Source of the DNA: Candidatus Bathyarchaeia archaeon
GTDB taxonomy: Archaea > Thermoproteota > Bathyarchaeia > Bathyarchaeales > Bathycorpusculaceae
Assembly: GCA_049516875.1 (NCBI GenBank)
Contig: JBEKSS010000002.1
Location: forward strand, 160,001-224,000
Length of the DNA stretch: 64,000 nucleotides
Reading direction: 5' to 3'
Both the position numbers and the translations under genes were made by a program. How positions within the stretch are numbered: position 1 is the first letter of the stretch; every line of letters starts with the position of its first letter. Positions 58,935-64,000 of the stretch are shown here, in pieces. Below the pieces are notes generated by a model. That model searched no databases, was not told the DNA's origin, and saw only the letters and a list, made by a program, of their open reading frames with translations.

Positions 58935-59537
58935 TTATCTTGCAAAGCGGTCGTTCTTCCAGACGTCTGCAGTGTCGTTGTAGCCTCTTTTTTCCCAGAA
59001 GCCCGCTTCTTTTGTTGCAGTGAATCTTATCCGTGTCACCCATAAAGCGCTCTTGTACCCGTATTTGCTGGGAACAACAAGTCGCAACGGGAACCCATAG
59101 CCTTCTTCCAGCGGTTTTCCGTCAAGTCTGTAAGCCAAGAGTGCGCCATCGCCTGAAAGCTCTGACAATGAGAGTGAAGTCGCGTAACCATCTGCGCACT
59201 CAAATGTGACAAACCTGGCCGTTTCCTTAGGCCTGACCAGCTTGACTATCTCTCCGAAACGAATGCCTTCCCACCTGCAATTAAGAACGCTCCACCCTTC
59301 AACACAGTGAAAATCACTCACAGACTGGACTTTCGGGAGTTTTAAAATTTCGTTCCAACCAAATTTCAACGGTTTTTCAACTTCACCCTCTATTATCAGG
59401 ATGTAGGTTTTCAAGTCGATTTTGGGGTTAGATCGTGTGATGCCAGGGTGATCTATTCCCCATCTTAGAAGTCTTTTGATAGGGGTTTGGCCCGGCGGCA
59501 ACCTGTCACGTTGCTTTTCTTGATTGTCTGAAGTCAT
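58935..59537 (-). CDS. Molybdopterin-dependent oxidoreductase (sulfite oxidase-like)
   Basis: RLPPGQ, DFHCVEGWS, GFPLRLVVP..YGYKSA.W, GFWEKRGY. Confidence 0.9.
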   Translation of the reverse strand: MTSDNQEKQRDRLPPGQTPIKRLLRWGIDHPGITRSNPKIDLKTYILIIEGEVEKPLKFGWNEILKLPKVQSVSDFHCVEGWSVLNCRWEGIRFGEIVKLVRPKETARFVTFECADGYATSLSLSELSGDGALLAYRLDGKPLEEGYGFPLRLVVPSKYGYKSALWVTRIRFTATKEAGFWEKRGYNDTADVWKNDRFAR

Positions 59538-59610
59538 GCTTGTTCAAAGGGGAAATGGGCTGGCATTGAAAATAAAGGTTTGCTGGAGTCTCCTTGGTTG
59601 AACGGAAGAG

Positions 59611-60720
59611 TCAATCTCTGGTCTTTTCCATGAAGCTCGTGAGCTGCCTTTGACTCTTTTGTTCTCTAGCAAAGTTTGAGATTTTGACACCTATTCTGCG
59701 TGCCTCAGACTCGTTTTGGTCAAGAAACTTCTCTAGAAGTTCCCTGACGCTTCCTTTCATGGCTTCACGGCTGTTTGTGGGGCTTTCAAGGGTTTTTGAT
59801 CTCGAGTGAATGCTCATGTCGGTTGTGATTACAATTATTCCGACAGTTTTGTATGCTAAACCGTCCTTTGTGATTGTGGCATGGATTTCATTGCACAGTT
59901 GATCCGTTTTTTCCAGAATGAAGCTCAGCTCTCGGGAGTCGTGTTTTAAGGTTGAGATTCTGCTGATTGATGTGGCTTCGCCTTTTTCTTGAACGGGCTC
60001 ATCGTCTATTCCGAGGGAAGCGTTGTGAAAATAGGTCGCCAGAGTCTTCCCGAAAACGGCGATTAGTTTTTGCATGTCATAGTCTGATAGGTCAAAGATT
60101 GTGTTAATCCCTAGCCTTTGCATTTTCGCTCTGGTTTTTGTTCCGACGCCGATGAGTCGACTCACGGGTAGCGGTGCAAGAAACGCTGTGACCTGCTCTG
60201 GTGTGACGATGGTTAGGCCGTCGGGTTTTTTGGTGTCAGCTGCGATTTTTGCCACTAGCTTGTTGGGTCCAACGCCGATTGAGCACGTGAGTTTCTGTTG
60301 GCGCAGTATTTCATTCTTCACGTTCTCGGCCAGCTTTCGGACCTCTTCAAAACTTCCGATTGTTCGCTGGGTAACCTCGAGATAGGCTTCATCTATTCCG
60401 ACCTGTTCAAAACGGTCGGCGAAACCCTTCAGGGTGTCCATTACTTTCCGGGAGATTTCCTCGTAGAAAAGGTAGTCCACTGGCAAGAACACTGCATTGG
60501 TATTCTCCAATTTCTTCTTGGCCAAGAAAATGGGTATTCCTGATTTCACGCCATATTCTCTAGCGATATAGTTAGCGGTGCTCACAGCTCCGCTGTCTTC
60601 GGTTCGTCCCGAATACACGCAGACTACGACAGGCCTATCTTTTATGGAGGGAGTCCTCAGCTCCTCGCATTGGGCAAAGAAATAGTCCAAATCCACGAGC
60701 ATGACTACCCTTAATTGCAA
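59611..60720 (-). CDS. dinB: Y-family DNA polymerase IV (DinB/Dbh)
   Basis: VDLDYFFAQCE, STANYIAR, GIDEAY, NKLVAKIA, KPDG. Confidence 0.93.
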   Translation of the reverse strand: MQLRVVMLVDLDYFFAQCEELRTPSIKDRPVVVCVYSGRTEDSGAVSTANYIAREYGVKSGIPIFLAKKKLENTNAVFLPVDYLFYEEISRKVMDTLKGFADRFEQVGIDEAYLEVTQRTIGSFEEVRKLAENVKNEILRQQKLTCSIGVGPNKLVAKIAADTKKPDGLTIVTPEQVTAFLAPLPVSRLIGVGTKTRAKMQRLGINTIFDLSDYDMQKLIAVFGKTLATYFHNASLGIDDEPVQEKGEATSISRISTLKHDSRELSFILEKTDQLCNEIHATITKDGLAYKTVGIIVITTDMSIHSRSKTLESPTNSREAMKGSVRELLEKFLDQNESEARRIGVKISNFAREQKSQRQLTSFMEKTRD

Positions 60721-60959
60721 AGGCTGCTGACCCGTAAATGAGAATTGCCGCTGAACATTTACGTCTTCTGCTGGTCAGAAGGAAACAACCTCATCCCCAG
60801 CTCGCGCAACCTATTCACTGCTGGATTAGCCGATTAAACTTAATGTAAAAGAAATGGAGACTTCTCCCGCAAAACCCTCTTTTTCTGCGTCAGAATCTGG
60901 TGCGCCTTGACGTTTGTGAAGAGTGGCTCTGCTCTCGGGACAAAGCAGACAAGTGACGG

Positions 60960-61151
60960 GTGAACAAAAAAGGGGTAAGACGGAAAAACATAATTGAGCT
61001 TTACGGTTCAGGCAAAGCAAAGTGTGATGCTATAAGAAAGTTTCATAGTGGTTTTATTCCCAGAGAACCGTACACGGTCATGAATGCTGAAGACCTTTCC
61101 GAAGATGATGTTGAACGTGGAGAATGGCTTGACATTGAAGTCGAAAGCTAA
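60960..61151 (+). CDS. Small hypothetical protein
   Basis: 63 aa; overlaps the start of the next ORF as in a coupled pair. Confidence 0.45.
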   Translation: MNKKGVRRKNIIELYGSGKAKCDAIRKFHSGFIPREPYTVMNAEDLSEDDVERGEWLDIEVES

Positions 61152-61554
61152 ACCGATTCTAGGATATTCTGACACGTCAACGGTTAAACTTGATTTTGAC
61201 GGTAAGAAGTATAGAGTAGTGAAGTATTGGGCAAAAAGAATCTGCATGTTTTTCAAACTTCAAGGATTCCGCATTCTGAAGTCAAGCCCTAATAATTATC
61301 ATGTTGTTTTCAATCGTTCAGTCTCATGGACTGAAAACCTGCATATTATGAATTGGGCTGTGCTTATGGTTGAAGGAAAACAACTAAGGCCTTTAACAAG
61401 ATATGTGGTTATGCAGGCTATCAAAGAATCAAGCTGTCTGAGAATTGGAAAGAAAAAGGAGAAGCCTGTTCCTAGAACTGTTTTCGAGTTTGGAGAACAG
61501 AGTAACGAGATTAAGAACTATTTGATTTTTTGGAGAATGTGTAGAAAATTTTGA
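61084..61554 (+). CDS. Small AEP primase/polymerase-like protein (true start probably near 61129)
   Basis: VKLDFD (DxD), KSSPNNYHVVF (S-x-H), SCLRIG motifs in AEP order. Confidence 0.55.
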   Translation: MLKTFPKMMLNVENGLTLKSKAKPILGYSDTSTVKLDFDGKKYRVVKYWAKRICMFFKLQGFRILKSSPNNYHVVFNRSVSWTENLHIMNWAVLMVEGKQLRPLTRYVVMQAIKESSCLRIGKKKEKPVPRTVFEFGEQSNEIKNYLIFWRMCRKF

Positions 61555-61671
61555 AGCGCGCGCTTCCTCTGCGTCGCTTCCTTAGGCTTATTGCCACACT
61601 GTCAAAGATATGCACAACTTTATATCAGTTCTATGCATAAACGAAAACTATAAGCATCTGTCAAGACTTAA

Positions 61672-62763
61672 GTGACACAAATGTGGGAAATTGGATTTCT
61701 GATTCCAGCAGTTTTGTCCCTACCACTGGTTGCCTATCTGATTCGCCCGAAGGCAGTTACTAGGCTAGTGCACAAGCTCACTCCTCATAGTGTTCAATGC
61801 TATCTGGAGAACCCAGAACTAGAGACAAAGGACTATGGAACTCTTTATGGGTTCGCCGTTTTATTCGTTGGCTTTTTCATCGTAGTTTCATTTGCTACTG
61901 TTATAAACGTGGTTTTTGGATATGAGACGCTCTCGCCTGAGGATGCCAAGAGGCTTGCTGTGTTGATTTCAAGCTTTGCTGTTGCTTTTGTGTACGTTGG
62001 CTTGTTTTTCAACCTATACTTCAATGAAAAGGTCTGGAGGCAATCAAAAAGAGATAGGAACTTGGGGCTAATTGCAGTACAATATCTTGTTGAAACAGGT
62101 TTGAGATTAGTGAACATTGGCATACCCCTCTTCGCGCTTTCTTCTTATTCGCTTATTCTCCTAGCCTTCAACACAAAGATTGCTTTGCCACAAGTGCTCA
62201 ACACCTTCCTAATTTACACAATGAGTCTAGTATTATGTCTTAGCATATGTTGTTTCGTGATAGGCGGAATGCTCAAACTCGACAAATCGAATAAGGATGT
62301 AACGATACAACTACTAGAATGGTTCAAGGATTTCGAACCAGACAAAAAGAAAATGAACGATTCTGTTTTTCTTCCGAGAGTCATTGACTACAGCAAGCAA
62401 GAATTGGCAGAAGACTTGCGATTTGTAGACTTAGATTTGAAAAAACCTTTTGAGTTGCTATACCTGGCAAGAATATGCGGAAACGATTCCGAAAAGCAAG
62501 AGGTCTCTGATACCATTGCCAATCTTATCAAGGCGTTAAGAACGAAAGAGAGCAGGCGATTTATCGAGATATTACACGATACCAAAGAAGACCATACCTT
62601 GAGCAACTTGAATGATATCATATATTCAACAGAAATGTCATTTGTCCGAAGCAAGAGGCCACTAAAATTGGCGACTGCCGCAACAGCCGTTCTCTTTATT
62701 TTTGACGTTATAGAAACAATCATCATAGTAATGAGCTTCCTTGGAGTACACCTATTTGGATGA
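61672..62763 (+). CDS. Multi-pass membrane protein with cytoplasmic domain, AT-richer
   Basis: About 6 TM helices; no family recognised. Confidence 0.75.
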   Translation: MTQMWEIGFLIPAVLSLPLVAYLIRPKAVTRLVHKLTPHSVQCYLENPELETKDYGTLYGFAVLFVGFFIVVSFATVINVVFGYETLSPEDAKRLAVLISSFAVAFVYVGLFFNLYFNEKVWRQSKRDRNLGLIAVQYLVETGLRLVNIGIPLFALSSYSLILLAFNTKIALPQVLNTFLIYTMSLVLCLSICCFVIGGMLKLDKSNKDVTIQLLEWFKDFEPDKKKMNDSVFLPRVIDYSKQELAEDLRFVDLDLKKPFELLYLARICGNDSEKQEVSDTIANLIKALRTKESRRFIEILHDTKEDHTLSNLNDIIYSTEMSFVRSKRPLKLATAATAVLFIFDVIETIIIVMSFLGVHLFG

Positions 62764-62831
62764 CGAGAAAAGCCGATTACATCATTCAGAAGATTTCTTT
62801 TCAGCCCTTCAGATAGCCTCCTTAGCGCGCG

Positions 62832-63035
62832 CTAAGAGCTTGCTATTTTTTCCCTCAGCTTAGTAATCGACGTAACATGGTTCTCCTCAAGGACTGCTCC
62901 AACTGTTTTATCGTAGTGATAGCCAAAATGCTTTTGTATGTCTGGTGCAACTTCTCCTATCTGAGCATCGCTACGAAATTGTCTAAACGGTCCAGTTTCC
63001 TTTCTACCTCTTTCGAAGACTTTTTTGTACGGCAT
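62832..63035 (-). CDS. Small basic hypothetical protein
   Basis: 67-aa ORF (FRSDAQIG...YDKTVGAVLEEN.VTSITKL); AT-rich promoter-like region upstream. Confidence 0.55.
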   Translation of the reverse strand: MPYKKVFERGRKETGPFRQFRSDAQIGEVAPDIQKHFGYHYDKTVGAVLEENHVTSITKLREKIASS

Positions 63036-63121
63036 GCTTGAAACCTCCTCAAAGATACTATTATGAAAACTGGCAACTAAATATAATTCTTTCTATGTTG
63101 TCTTCTAAACCAGTGTACGCG

Positions 63122-63290
63122 GTGTCTGTTTGTTTCTGTCTGTGTGTCTGTCTTTGTCTGTCTGCTTGTGTGTGTGAGTCAGTCACTCTCTCACAGAGAC
63201 AGACTCTCTCAGACTCTCTCTCTGTGTGTGTCAGAGTATGAAGTAAGAGAGAAAGAGATAGAAGAAGAGTAATAGAAAGAAGAAAAAGAT
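63122..63290. repeat. Low-complexity TG/TC dinucleotide tract followed by a purine tract
   Basis: GTGTCTGTTTGTTTCTGTCTGTGTGT..., repeated CAGACTCTCTC, then AGAAAGAGATAGAAGAAGAG. Confidence 0.75.
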
Positions 63291-63350
63291 AAAACTTTAC
63301 CCCAACGTGCGCCTTTTTCGAGGCTATGAAGAGACAAGACTTGCTTGGGA

Positions 63351-63743
63351 TTACGGTCTTGTTACATGTAGCAATAGTCTTTCTCCGTTGCGATTGTAGA
63401 CTCCAACGTTTTTTTCGTTCGTAAATGGGAAGCCCACAATCATGAGTACAGGTCCAAAAAAGTGGTTCAGATCAGTGTTGGAGGGCGTTATGTTTCCAGA
63501 TGGATGAGAATGTGCTGTTCCGACGATGGAGAAGTCCATCGGCAACATGTGTAGCCTAATGTTGGCAAAGCCTCGTCCATAGTTTGCAAGCGGAGGAACA
63601 ACGAGTTCGTTGACTGCAATCAGATCCTTCTTCTTCTCGCCTCTGAGCAGCAGAATGGTTTCCCTAGGATAGACGCTTTTGGCGCCTTCGAAAACTGTTT
63701 GCAGTAGTTCCTGACTGATAGAAATGGCAGCGTATTTTGGCAC
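63351..63743 (-). CDS. JAMM/MPN+ metalloprotease
   Basis: PRE catalytic Glu, GTAHSHPSG...PS.TD motif. Confidence 0.88.
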   Translation of the reverse strand: MPKYAAISISQELLQTVFEGAKSVYPRETILLLRGEKKKDLIAVNELVVPPLANYGRGFANIRLHMLPMDFSIVGTAHSHPSGNITPSNTDLNHFFGPVLMIVGFPFTNEKNVGVYNRNGERLLLHVTRP

Positions 63744-64000
63744 AGACCCTTTGAAGTTCTCCCACGCTTAAGTGCTTTTCGAAGCGCGCACAAGATGAAA
63801 GACACGGTTTTTTCCCATCATTTTGTAACAATTTACCGTAACAATCTTGGAATTCCTTTTTTTTCCAAAAGAAAAGCGCAGGCTGGAAAAATCTTTTATT
63901 GATGGAACGGCATAGTGCAGTGTTCTCAATATTGGGGCTGGATTGCTTTGGAGAACGAAATAAAGGGTCTTTTGAAACGTCTGACTGAAGCGCCTGGTGT

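Noticed and set aside
63038-63241. Cys-rich 67-aa ORF
   Set aside because: Translation artefact of the TG dinucleotide tract
1-64000. CRISPR array, rRNA, RNase P/SRP RNA, intact transposase or integrase
   Set aside because: No regularly spaced repeats or signature motifs seen; a by-eye search cannot fully exclude divergent ncRNAs

Overview
Archaeal chromosomal fragment, most consistent with Bathyarchaeia (TACK); the taxon is inferred from gene content. Markers: fwdA/fwdC/mch, gatD/gatE, elp3, form III RuBisCO beside ribose-1,5-bisphosphate isomerase, a CdvA-like protein, intron-containing tRNAs, and cohesin/dockerin surface proteins. Mostly housekeeping genes, with accessory patches at about 16.5-27 kb and 60.8-63.3 kb. 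Most notable: (1) a tRNA-Tyr(GUA) gene at 25237-25450 that parses into five exons and four BHB introns (30/31, 37/38, 53/54, 59/60), implying ordered splicing; (2) a stand-alone NurA-like/HerA-like pair next to four related small winged-helix proteins and clustered TTGAG-N-CTCAA palindromes; (3) a canonical TPP riboswitch covering the Shine-Dalgarno of thiT; (4) a cohesin/dockerin/CARDB surface cluster with a shared uncharacterised domain and a PVGG C-terminal tail; (5) a CcdA-like/intN remnant reading into tRNA-Lys; (6) an AT-richer island with a miniature AEP primase-like ORF and AGCGCGCGCT palindromes. All calls come from motif recognition by eye; no database searches were run.
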